Shown here: positions 7,325 to 15,353 of the stretch, in pieces | Layout: every line of letters starts with the position of its first letter | Position numbering within the stretch: the first letter of the stretch is position 1 | Assembly (NCBI GenBank): GCA_029865005.1 | Contig: JAOTSI010000001.1 | Span: 1-40,716, forward strand | Direction of reading: 5' to 3' | Source: Desulfobulbaceae bacterium | GTDB taxonomy: Bacteria > Desulfobacterota > Desulfobulbia > Desulfobulbales > Desulfobulbaceae | Length of the DNA: 40,716 nt | Position numbers and translations under genes: made by a program | Notes under the pieces: model-generated | The model's database searches: none | Told to the model about the DNA's origin: nothing | Seen by the model: the letters and a program-made list of their open reading frames with translations, nothing else

Positions 7325-10000
7325 TTATGAATGGTTATTTTCGTTAAGATATTTTTCCGCTTGTTCTTTAATGCCCACTCCATCATCAACCGAGATCGCC
7401 CACTGGAGTGCTTTTCGGCCAGCCTTTGTTTGACCAAGTTTCATCAGAAGCTTGCCGTATTCCAGATGATAAAGCGGTGTATAGCGTCGCATACTGATGG
7501 CTTGTTCATAATATTGTAAAGCGGTGTCAGTTTCTTCATCTCGCTCAGCTAATGCACCTTTACAGTAAAAATAATCGGCATTGTATTTCACCTTTGCCGG
7601 ATTAATTTTGTTAAATAATGTTTTGGCATTAGTTAAGTCATTATTAATTTGCAATAATTGAAAAACCATTTTTAAAGCGATGGTATCACTCCAGGCACCG
7701 GCCTCTAAAGCTCCTTGGAGGGCTTTAACGCTTTGCTCCAAATCACCTTTCCACTCGTTGACTTCAACCAACTTAAGCCATGTTCTTCGATCGGAAGGAT
7801 CGAGTCTTAAATCTTGCTGATAAATGTTCTCCAGCAAGGCCAGGTCCGCAGGTGAGCTACGATCAAGAAAATCACTGTAATGATGTCGAATTCGGCTGGA
7901 TAGCTTTTGGCTGGTAAGATCAGCCGTGAACTGGGTAGCGGCCGTATCCAGAAAGGAACGAGTGGACTCTGACTGCATAAACTTGAAAATAGTGGCGAGC
8001 TGGGGGAATTGCTCTTCTAAATGTAAACCAGTGACAGAGGATTTATCTCGGCTTTTCCATAAAATTTCAGAGAGATGAGCTACGTGGAGAGGAAATGGGT
8101 CATTGGTTAATCGTGTACTTGCCTGGGCCCATTCAATGGCTCGAATAATATCAGCAGACTGAAAGGCAGCAAATGCTATTAATCCACCTAGATGTCCTTT
8201 AGATTCCCTTGTCAACTCAGGTAGGGTAGTGTTGAGTACCTTGGCGATTTCATCACCCTTGGACGAGGGGAAAACAATAGCCATATAAGGGGACTTGTCC
8301 TTTTGTTCGGCTGATTGCCAATATGAATAGGGTATTTCCATATAGGCTTGTTTGGCAACTTGCTCCAGATGTTTTTCGCTTTTACCTTTCCCTTCTTCTT
8401 TAAGAAAGAGAATTTCACCAGCCTCTTCCTTGTGACTCTTTTTGAGCCGAGTACTAAGATGTTGATAACCATAACCTTTAAAAACGCTGCGATCATCCAG
8501 GTAGCCGGAGAGTAGGTGAAATTCGTTGTCTATGGGGAAGAGGATTGGGATATCAGCGTAAAGAAGTGCTTTAGCCTTCACAAAATCTGTTGGAATCAAA
8601 ATCATTTGGAAGCCGAGATTTGTGGCATTATCATAGAGCTTTGCCCCATCTGGAATACGGCTGATATCTATCTTTTCATCACTTTTGGAAAATGATTTTA
8701 ACTCGATGAGCAGTTGTGATTCAGCCACTTCATCACCGTGCCAGTATCTTGCCGTTTGGAGAAGTGCCATCCAATTTGGCGTTAAGTAGGGCTCATAACT
8801 AACTTTGGGTAAAACAATATTTTTTTGTAGGGTTTTATCGCCAAACTTTTCAGAGCCGAGTGCTGCTTTGGCCAGTTGGGTTTGCTTTCTCCATCTTGTG
8901 GAATCAGGATATTTTTGAACTATAGCTTCATAGATATTTTTGGCTCGGCCAATATTACCGTTTTCATATTGAATTTGAGCCAGGCTGAGAGCAATTTCCG
9001 GCCATTGGTCATGATTGGGATATCTTGCGAGTAGGGTTTCCGCCCAAGATGCTCCTTCTCTTTGAGTGGACAAGTCTGGAGAGTCCATTTTGTTAAAAAT
9101 TTGACCCTGAATGAGTTGCCATAGTGAGCTGGAACTAAATGCAAGGGGAACAGATATTAAGCAAACAACAGGAATAACGAAAAAAGCTTTTTTCCAAAAT
9201 TGCCGTATAGAATTAACAGAGCATAGCAACAACGCGACAACGATAATTACAACTTGATCATTTTGTTCCATTTTAAGAAAAAACTTACCCAACGACCCTG
9301 GATCCTGCGCGATAACCGGCCAATATGTGAGGGAATGGAAATAATTTCCCTGGAAAAAAATAAAGAGAAAAAGTTGAAACACAACGGCTAGTGAGAGATA
9401 GAAAATATTTAATCCCGCAAAAAAGGCAATTGGATGAGCTGAGCTGAATTCTTTTGGTTTACCGGCCCAATAGATACCAACGATAAGTCCGTAGGGAAGC
9501 AGATAGGGAACAGAGAGGAAAAAATCTTCAAGCAATAATTTTTTATCTAGAATATCACCGGAAGCAGCCATTTCTCCCCAGGACTTAAGAATTGGGAATA
9601 TTGATAGAATGACTCCATAACAAACGGTAAGCAACAGGGCAGTAAAAAAAGGTGAGAGACGCGTTTTCCAAGCAAAAGGGGTGTAGCGAGGCGGAGCGGG
9701 CCCTATAAAATACCTTTGGCACCCCCATCCACTCATAGACCAGATAAAGTTTAAAACGCTGAACCATAAGAGGTGTTTGGTCCAAGGAGTATGGGAGAAG
9801 ATAGCAGCATAGCAAAACCCCAAAAAGATAGCCAGATTGATGGAAAACACTCCATAGGCAAGCCATTTCTGTTGCCGGTGAAAAAATTGCCTTGCTACCA
9901 AAATCCAAGGAAATAGACCAGTAAGACCATGTCCTCCAATTAAATGAATATACCATGGAAGAGGAACAGCTTTATTATCATTGAAGGTATCTTGAAACAT
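7325..10000 (-). CDS. Paralogous polytopic membrane / TPR protein with a C39-like domain lacking the nucleophile Cys (predicted pseudo-peptidase)
   Basis: 891 aa with the same architecture as the downstream gene. The aligned blocks are EPYLTPNWMALLQTARYWHG (Leu where the neighbour has Cys) and IPILFPIDNEFHLLSGYLDD (His kept). It has C-terminal TPRs (YFYCKGALAERD..ALQYYEQAISMRR..HLEYGKLLMKLGQ). The gap to the next gene is 18 bp. Confidence 0.7.
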   Translation of the reverse strand: MFQDTFNDNKAVPLPWYIHLIGGHGLTGLFPWILVARQFFHRQQKWLAYGVFSINLAIFLGFCYAAIFSHTPWTKHLLWFSVLNFIWSMSGWGCQRYFIGPAPPRYTPFAWKTRLSPFFTALLLTVCYGVILSIFPILKSWGEMAASGDILDKKLLLEDFFLSVPYLLPYGLIVGIYWAGKPKEFSSAHPIAFFAGLNIFYLSLAVVFQLFLFIFFQGNYFHSLTYWPVIAQDPGSLGKFFLKMEQNDQVVIIVVALLLCSVNSIRQFWKKAFFVIPVVCLISVPLAFSSSSLWQLIQGQIFNKMDSPDLSTQREGASWAETLLARYPNHDQWPEIALSLAQIQYENGNIGRAKNIYEAIVQKYPDSTRWRKQTQLAKAALGSEKFGDKTLQKNIVLPKVSYEPYLTPNWMALLQTARYWHGDEVAESQLLIELKSFSKSDEKIDISRIPDGAKLYDNATNLGFQMILIPTDFVKAKALLYADIPILFPIDNEFHLLSGYLDDRSVFKGYGYQHLSTRLKKSHKEEAGEILFLKEEGKGKSEKHLEQVAKQAYMEIPYSYWQSAEQKDKSPYMAIVFPSSKGDEIAKVLNTTLPELTRESKGHLGGLIAFAAFQSADIIRAIEWAQASTRLTNDPFPLHVAHLSEILWKSRDKSSVTGLHLEEQFPQLATIFKFMQSESTRSFLDTAATQFTADLTSQKLSSRIRHHYSDFLDRSSPADLALLENIYQQDLRLDPSDRRTWLKLVEVNEWKGDLEQSVKALQGALEAGAWSDTIALKMVFQLLQINNDLTNAKTLFNKINPAKVKYNADYFYCKGALAERDEETDTALQYYEQAISMRRYTPLYHLEYGKLLMKLGQTKAGRKALQWAISVDDGVGIKEQAEKYLNENNHS

Positions 10001-10374
10001 AATGTATGTTAAAACTATATATTATAAGGAATGAGTTGTTTAGACAAACGGTAGTTTAATTTTAAGTTGGGAATATTTATTAATACTGTCTACTTGATTG
10101 TATATATAAACACAGGTGAGTATATAAAATGAACTGTAAAATGTAAACGTTTATAAGAATATAAATAGATTGAGTTGACGAGGTCGTCAGGATAAGGGCT
10201 GCGGAAAATATTAAGCTGGTAAGCAATAGGCTCAGATTTTGGATATTTTTTTCCTGGGCCTTAAGTTTGGAAATTATATACATGACTCTGGCGAGATATA
10301 TTTAATCCTACTTATTTCTATAATAGTAACTACTAAAAATTTTGAATATCGCTGTTTAAGATTATCGTAAGGCT

Positions 10375-10530
10375 GTAAGCGTTCACCAGCACTACGCCTC
10401 GGCGCGATCAGACCGGATCCACACAGGGTTAACTATAACTCACCGGCCTGCTTACACACATGCGCAGCACTGGTAAACGCTTACCAATTGATGTTATAGA
10501 ACTTTTAATTACAACCCGGTGAACAGTTAC
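10375..10530 (+). repeat. Family C palindromic repeat (MITE-like), full copy
   Basis: It reads gtaagcgttcaccagcact ... agcactggtaaacgcttacc followed by ..gttatagaactttt..acccggtgaacagttac. The outer ends are inverted (gtaagcgttcacc / ggtgaacagttac). The flanks gtaaggct and ataaggcg are a possible 8-bp duplication (6/8). Confidence 0.65.
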
Positions 10531-10653
10531 ATAAGGCGATTGATAGTAAAAGGTAACTGATGGTTATGCAATTGACGGGGGATGCTCTAAACAGCTATTA
10601 TCTGTTAAAATGCTGCTGGTAATCTAAACAATATGCATTGAGGTAAGGGTATA

Positions 10654-10923
10654 ATGAAAATTTCACACTACTTCGTAGGTTTACTTATGGCAGAAAATAG
10701 AATCAAAGCCATTTCTTTATCCCTTTTATTGCTGGTGTTGCTCTGCGGTTGTTGTGGCAAGGAGAACCTTTATAAAGGAGTTTTCAATTCGTCTAACAAA
10801 GTTCAGGAGATGAAGAGCATGGATGATTTGCCGCCCCCTGATAAAGAAGCACCGGATTATGAACAATACAGGCGAGAACGGGATGAGATATTAAAAAATC
10901 AGAATGATAAACTATCTAAATAA
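10654..10923 (+). CDS. Small lipoprotein (predicted)
   Basis: It has a signal-peptide-like N-terminus with a lipobox-like LLCGC, and gaggtaaggg lies upstream of the ATG. The mature part is a charged, low-complexity ~55 aa. Confidence 0.55.
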   Translation: MKISHYFVGLLMAENRIKAISLSLLLLVLLCGCCGKENLYKGVFNSSNKVQEMKSMDDLPPPDKEAPDYEQYRRERDEILKNQNDKLSK

Positions 10924-10994
10924 TAGAATATCCCCTTTCGCTGAATTACATTTAAAAACCCAGGCTTCAACAGTAAACTATGTTATTCTAATTT

Positions 10995-11080
10995 ATAACC
11001 GTCAGGCTAAAGAAAACGAACAATCAAGATACCTGATTATATACTTAATAACAAAAGGGCGATCCTTGTGATCGCCCTTT
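10995..11080. repeat. Family-B-related fragment: one terminal repeat plus a GC hairpin
   Basis: The sequence ataaccgtcaggctaaag, then about 45 nt, then aagggcgatccttgtgatcgccctt mirrors the first ~95 bp of the inner element at 3965. That element reads catagccgtcaggctaagg ... aagggcgatcacaaggatcgcccc. No second terminus is present. Confidence 0.45.
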
Positions 11081-11089
11081 TTATTTTTT
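11053..11089. terminator. Bidirectional intrinsic terminator between convergent genes
   Basis: The sequence is aaaagggcgatccttgtgatcgccctttttatttttt: a 10-bp GC stem with A-run and T-run flanks. It lies between the lipoprotein gene (+) and the Lnt-like gene (-). Confidence 0.7.
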
Positions 11090-12568
11090 CCAGCATTTCC
11101 CTCTCTTTCCTACAAAAATAGGCAATAGAGCAATAATCATAAATCCCAAAATAGATACCCATGCAAAGCTGTCACCAATTCGGGAATATATGGTCGCAAT
11201 GGGTTTAAGCGGTAGGCTAGAAATCATCCGCTTCTCCGGCGTAGTTGCGGAGTCCAAGCTGGTTACCTGGCGACCATGAGAGTCAACAGCGATGGATAAG
11301 CCACCGCCGGTCCCCATAACAACTGGAAGGCCGTTTTCAATGGCTCTAAAAACTGCCATTTGGGTATGTAATGGGTCCACTGCCGCCCATGATTGAGCAG
11401 CAATTAAAAGAAGTTGTCCTTTATGTCCACTTACTTGTCTTACGATGTTGGGGTAGTCCAGATCGGCACAGATAATAGAACCTATCTTTCCATAGGATGT
11501 ATCGGCAATTGGAAGGGGCTCGGTACCTGGAGTGATGGGTTCCAGGGGAGGGGCTGGTTTTAATTTATTATATTGAGCAATAACCTCTCCGCTCGGGTCA
11601 ATCCACATCAGTTTATTTTGCCACGGCTGCTCGGGATATTTGATGGGAAATAAGCCGATCGCCACAACCAGATATATTTGTTCTTCCATGGCAAGTTTTT
11701 GAACCCTACCCATAAACTCCCCTTCATTTTCCTCCATCACACAAATGCTGTATTCTTGCCATAATACTATTTGAGCACCCTCATTGACGGATTTTTTTGT
11801 GGAAGCAATAAAGTGCGCAAGGTCTTTTTCCATATTCTTATAACCTCTTTTTCTATCCGTCCAATCAGGGCTATAAAATCTTTTTACAAAATCGTCTGGA
11901 TTAGTCACCGTAGCAACGCTCACCCTATCTACTGTTTCTAGCGAGCCTGAGAGGCGCGCATAACCGTAGAGGTAAACAGCACAAAGAATTAAACTATAAG
12001 TGATGATAATTGAATTTATTTTGCGCCAGGCAAAGTGTTGCTCCCAGGCGAAATTCACCACCGATCCAAACCAGGTGATTAAGAAGGAGAACCCCCATAG
12101 TCCAGTGATTGAGGCAAGCTGCATGAATGGCTGGTTGCCATATTGAGTATAGGCCAGAGCCCCCCACGTTCCATTTCCCATGGCTTTTAGATATTCCAAT
12201 CCAGCCCAGCTACAGGGAAAAACCACGGTTGCCACCATTGGGGGTACCTTGTAAACCAGAAGTCGATCAGCGAGAAACGGTAAAAAGACGATTACCCCGA
12301 GTACCAAGCCAGACACGATGCGAAATATCGGGGGGATTGGCTCTATCGCCAGAAGCTTCCACATGGAAGCCACTCCGACCACGAGGGAGGCTAAACCAAG
12401 GCCCAATAGTCCGCTTCTTATTGGGCGGGTCCGTGAGAAACGTAGTAAAAAGATAGAAAAAAGCCAGGTGGCAGCGGGGATGGCCCAATTCCAGTTGGAA
12501 AAATAGAGCAGCACAGTACCCAGCGCCAACCAAATGTAGTCCTGTTTTTGCAGTAATTTACTTTTCAT
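11081..12568 (-). CDS. Apolipoprotein N-acyltransferase-like membrane carbon-nitrogen hydrolase
   Basis: 495 aa, with a multi-TM N-terminal half, a nitrilase-fold C-terminal half and a terminal TM helix, as in Lnt. Candidate Glu-Lys-Cys triad contexts are LWQEY, YNKLKP and SIICADL. These motifs diverge from canonical Lnt, so the symbol is withheld. Confidence 0.65.
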   Translation of the reverse strand: MKSKLLQKQDYIWLALGTVLLYFSNWNWAIPAATWLFSIFLLRFSRTRPIRSGLLGLGLASLVVGVASMWKLLAIEPIPPIFRIVSGLVLGVIVFLPFLADRLLVYKVPPMVATVVFPCSWAGLEYLKAMGNGTWGALAYTQYGNQPFMQLASITGLWGFSFLITWFGSVVNFAWEQHFAWRKINSIIITYSLILCAVYLYGYARLSGSLETVDRVSVATVTNPDDFVKRFYSPDWTDRKRGYKNMEKDLAHFIASTKKSVNEGAQIVLWQEYSICVMEENEGEFMGRVQKLAMEEQIYLVVAIGLFPIKYPEQPWQNKLMWIDPSGEVIAQYNKLKPAPPLEPITPGTEPLPIADTSYGKIGSIICADLDYPNIVRQVSGHKGQLLLIAAQSWAAVDPLHTQMAVFRAIENGLPVVMGTGGGLSIAVDSHGRQVTSLDSATTPEKRMISSLPLKPIATIYSRIGDSFAWVSILGFMIIALLPIFVGKRGKCWKK

Positions 12569-12591
12569 GTATCAACTCTTTTTAGTGTTTT

Positions 12592-12606
12592 GTTTAGCAG
12601 CTAAAC
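12592..12606. promoter_or_regulatory. 15-bp palindrome gtttagcagctaaac, candidate MarR operator upstream of the Lnt-like gene
   Basis: It has perfect 7-bp arms and lies 24 nt upstream of the ATG at 12568. A near-identical copy (14/15) lies upstream of the marR-family gene at 13102-13116. Confidence 0.45.
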
Positions 12607-12624
12607 CATACAGGCAAAAAAAAA

Positions 12625-13092
12625 TTATTTGAGATCTTCTAAGTAGCTATCGATTGTGGTTTCCAGAAGCTCAAAGGTATCACTTACCAACTTAAATTGT
12701 TCGTTACTCATACCGCTTAATTTATTTACCATTGCAGAATCATATTTTGCGTGAAACTTTTCATGATTTTCAAAAGCAATTTCCCCCAGGCTAGTTAATT
12801 CCAGAAATATTTCCTTGTCGTTATCCGGGGCTTGGTTTCTACTAACCAATTGTTTTTTAACCAATTTAGCCACGGTTTGCGATACCGCTCCCTTAGTCAC
12901 CGCCTTTTTTTGAGCTAGTTGGGTAAGGTTAATCCCAGAGAATTTCCCTATAAGCTCTAAGGTATTAATCTCTGAAGCATAAAGAAGGTCTCCAGTACCG
13001 TGATCCACCGGAACTTTCTCCAGTTCCTTAAATTTATGAATAATCCTCAGGAATGTTTCCTTGAAGTTATGGATTTTATCTACTTGAGTCAT
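12625..13092 (-). CDS. MarR family transcriptional regulator
   Basis: 155 aa with a winged-HTH region (INLTQLAQKKAVTKGAVSQTVAKLVKKQLVSR). Size and layout are typical of MarR. It lies directly upstream of the Lnt-like gene on the same strand. Confidence 0.8.
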   Translation of the reverse strand: MTQVDKIHNFKETFLRIIHKFKELEKVPVDHGTGDLLYASEINTLELIGKFSGINLTQLAQKKAVTKGAVSQTVAKLVKKQLVSRNQAPDNDKEIFLELTSLGEIAFENHEKFHAKYDSAMVNKLSGMSNEQFKLVSDTFELLETTIDSYLEDLK

Positions 13093-13101
13093 GCCATGAA
13101 T

Positions 13102-13116
13102 GTATAGCTGCTAAAC
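13102..13116. promoter_or_regulatory. Second copy of the palindrome (gtatagctgctaaac), candidate autoregulatory MarR operator
   Basis: It lies 10 nt upstream of the marR-family ATG (13092, minus strand). It is 14/15 identical to the reverse complement of the 12592 site. Confidence 0.45.
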
Positions 13117-13170
13117 AATTTTGGCAAGTTGTTTCTTAAATATTTTGAAAAAGTGTCTTGCCAAAAAATA

Positions 13171-13203
13171 ACATTTGGTTATTATGCCAAATGTACATAT
13201 AAT
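13171..13203 (+). promoter_or_regulatory. Candidate arsR-family promoter with an overlapping operator palindrome
   Basis: The palindrome acatttgg-N8-ccaaatgt (13171-13194) overlaps a -35-like ttggtt (13175-13180). A 17-bp spacer leads to tataat (13198-13203), and the ATG is at 13221. Confidence 0.45.
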
Positions 13204-13220
13204 CTTAATTATGAGTTGTT

Positions 13221-13541
13221 ATGGATTCTAAAGATAAAGATTTCTATCAGGCAAAGGCAGATGTGCTTAAAGCCCTTGCCCATCCCACCCGTTTATGGAT
13301 GACGGAAAAATTAGCTGATGGTGAATGTTGCGTCCGTGACTTCGTTGAGCTTACGGATTTTGATTTTTCAACTGTTTCAAAACATTTATCGGTGCTAAAA
13401 CGGGCCGGAATCGTTGATGATGAAAAACGGGGTAAGCAGGTATTTTACCGACTTAAGGTACCTTGCATTCTAAACTTTATGCAATGCGTAGAAGCCGTGT
13501 TGCGTGACCGATTAGATCATCAGATTACTATGCTAAAATAA
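13221..13541 (+). CDS. ArsR/SmtB family transcriptional repressor
   Basis: 106 aa. The block LKALAHPTRLWMTEKLADGECCVRDF is the ArsR HTH N-terminal block with a CC metal(loid)-site-like pair. It is followed by TVSKHLSVLKRAGIV. Confidence 0.85.
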   Translation: MDSKDKDFYQAKADVLKALAHPTRLWMTEKLADGECCVRDFVELTDFDFSTVSKHLSVLKRAGIVDDEKRGKQVFYRLKVPCILNFMQCVEAVLRDRLDHQITMLK

Positions 13542-13557
13542 TTTTTTTTTTAACTTT

Positions 13558-13581
13558 ATATTTGGTTAATTTACCAAATAT
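13558..13581. promoter_or_regulatory. Second ATTTGG/CCAAAT palindrome (atatttggt-N6-accaaatat), candidate ArsR operator ahead of the permease gene
   Basis: It has perfect 9-bp arms and shares the TTTGG..CCAAA core with the 13171 site. It lies between the arsR stop (13541) and the permease ATG (13601). Confidence 0.45.
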
Positions 13582-13600
13582 CCCAAAAAGGAATAATAAA

Positions 13601-14902
13601 ATGTCATTACAAAAAGAATGGAAACCCGCCCTATGGATATTGGCAGGCTTTTTGGCCTGTTTTTTCCTGCCGGTGGGCATGGCCCGTTTTGACAACGCAG
13701 TGCTGGAGGCCTTTCACCTGGTTAAATGGTATGCTCGAGAGCATGTCTTGCTCTGCTTAATACCTGCCTTTTTTATTGCCGGTGCCATTTCGGTTTTCAT
13801 CAGCCGCGGTGCGGTGATGAAGTATCTGGGACCAGGGGCCGGAAAAATTGCAGCCTACACCGTGGCCTCGGCATCGGGTACCATTCTGGCTGTCTGTTCC
13901 TGCACCGTACTACCTCTTTTTGCAGGAATCTATCGCATGGGAGCGGGCCTTGGACCAGCCTCTGCCTTTCTCTACTCCGGCCCGGCCATCAACGTTTTGG
14001 CCATTATTCTCACCGGGAGAATTTTAGGCACGGAAATGGGGATCGCCAGAGCCATCGGGGCAATTCTTTTTAGTGTGATAATCGGCTTGTTAATGGAATT
14101 TATTTTCCGAAATGAAATAAAAGAAAAAAGCGCTGTGGAAATGGTCATGCCGACTGAGGAGGGTGAAAGGAGCACCTGGCAAAATATTTCTTATTTTGCC
14201 GCTTTGGTCGGTATCCTGGTTTTTGCCAATTGGGGAAAACCAGCCGAAAGTCAAGGTGTATGGGCCGCCATTTATGGAGCCAAATGGTTTGTAACCTCGA
14301 CCTTTGGACTGATCTTGGCTGCCCAGTTAGTATTTTGGTTTAAAGTGGATTGGTGGAAAATGGTTGCCATTGCCCTGCCTACCGCCATCTTGGCCGTTCT
14401 CTATCCCAATCAACCACTCTTTGCCTTTAGTGCCGGAGTGGTCGGACTGTCCATTGTTACTGCCACGGCCAATGATCAGACCACTCGCTGGTTTGATTCC
14501 TCATGGGGTTTTGCCAAACAGATAATACCGCTCTTGTTCTTTGGGGTCCTCATTGCCGGAGCACTTTTGGGCCGGGTCGGCCATGAAGGTCTCATGCCCT
14601 CGCAATGGGTAGCACAGGCAGTAGGAGGAAACTCCCCAATGGCTAATTTTCTCGCCTCTTTTGTTGGTGTATTTATGTATTTCGCTACCCTCACCGAGGT
14701 ACCAATCCTCCAAGGTCTCATTGGTAACGGGATGGGTAAGGGACCAGCTTTGGCCCTCTTGCTGGCCGGACCAGCCCTCAGCTTGCCAAATATGCTAGTG
14801 ATTCGCTCGGTGCTTGGAACTAAAAAAACCCTTACTTTTGTCGCATTAGTGGTGGTAATGTCCACCATGAGCGGTATGATTTTCGGTCACTTTTTCGGAT
14901 AA
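13601..14902 (+). CDS. Permease, COG0701/UPF0718 (ArsP-like) family
   Basis: It has about 10 TM helices and the VCSCT motif typical of this family. ATG 13601 is preferred over the track's TTG 13562 because aaagga lies 7 nt upstream and the TTG sits inside the operator palindrome. The arsR / permease / small-thioredoxin gene order is the classic arrangement. Confidence 0.8.
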   Translation: MSLQKEWKPALWILAGFLACFFLPVGMARFDNAVLEAFHLVKWYAREHVLLCLIPAFFIAGAISVFISRGAVMKYLGPGAGKIAAYTVASASGTILAVCSCTVLPLFAGIYRMGAGLGPASAFLYSGPAINVLAIILTGRILGTEMGIARAIGAILFSVIIGLLMEFIFRNEIKEKSAVEMVMPTEEGERSTWQNISYFAALVGILVFANWGKPAESQGVWAAIYGAKWFVTSTFGLILAAQLVFWFKVDWWKMVAIALPTAILAVLYPNQPLFAFSAGVVGLSIVTATANDQTTRWFDSSWGFAKQIIPLLFFGVLIAGALLGRVGHEGLMPSQWVAQAVGGNSPMANFLASFVGVFMYFATLTEVPILQGLIGNGMGKGPALALLLAGPALSLPNMLVIRSVLGTKKTLTFVALVVVMSTMSGMIFGHFFG

Positions 14903-14924
14903 TTATTTACCTATGGAGATTTCA

Positions 14925-15158
14925 ATGAAAATTCAAATTTTAGGCCCTGGCTGTCCCAACTGTGAAAAACTTGCTGAATTAACCACTACGGCTGCAACTG
15001 AGCTTGGCTTGAGCTTTGAGCTAGAGAAAATAACCGACCTCAACGCCATAATTTCCTTTGGAGTTTTCAGCACCCCTGCCCTAGCGGTGGATGGCGTGGT
15101 GAAATTTGTCGGCAATGTTCCTTCTGTTGAAGAATTGAAATCCTACTTGAAATCATAA
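14925..15158 (+). CDS. Thioredoxin-fold protein, redox-active disulfide protein 2 type (CPNC)
   Basis: 77 aa beginning MKIQILGPGCPNCEKL, a typical size and motif. GGAG lies 6 nt upstream of ATG 14925, so the track start at 14913 is less likely. Confidence 0.8.
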   Translation: MKIQILGPGCPNCEKLAELTTTAATELGLSFELEKITDLNAIISFGVFSTPALAVDGVVKFVGNVPSVEELKSYLKS

Positions 15159-15199
15159 ATAAATCTGACAGGGGATTAGATAAAGTAAACATATTTTGC

Positions 15200-15228
15200 T
15201 TGACTCACCTTTGCTTTGAGCCTAACAT
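15200..15228 (+). promoter_or_regulatory. Possible sigma70-type promoter for the outer-membrane protein gene
   Basis: ttgact, a 17-bp spacer, then taacat. It lies about 125 nt upstream of the ATG. The only support is the hexamer match. Confidence 0.3.
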
Positions 15229-15353
15229 TCACATGTTAACAAATTTAGATCCTTAGCTTATCGTTCCGGCTTAGTCATATGGACATTGTAAGCCCTTGGA
15301 TATTCGATAAAGCTTATCATGTTTAATGATCCAAGACCAAAGGAGAGTTTGAG

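Noticed and set aside
5807-9956. Several 60-125-aa ORFs nested in or antisense to the two ~890-aa genes
   Set aside because: All lie wholly inside long ORFs that have coherent domain architecture. None has an SD or a recognisable motif.
10080-10283. 67-aa minus-strand ORF upstream of the large membrane-protein operon
   Set aside because: It lies in a very AT-rich promoter-like region and gives a low-complexity Ile/Leu/Ser translation with no SD.
12127-12533. Three ORFs (109, 88, 62 aa) inside or antisense to the Lnt-like gene
   Set aside because: These are Arg/Pro-rich shadow frames of a strongly supported membrane-protein gene, with no independent signals.
13562-13600. TTG-initiated N-terminal extension of the permease (MVNLPNIPKRNNK)
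   Set aside because: The TTG lies inside the perfect operator-like palindrome. ATG 13601 has an SD and starts directly before the first TM helix.
13726-14868. Alternative-frame and antisense ORFs (115, 67, 130, 70 aa) within the permease gene
   Set aside because: These are shadow ORFs of a GC-richer membrane-protein gene. Their Arg/Cys/Pro-rich translations are typical of out-of-frame reading.
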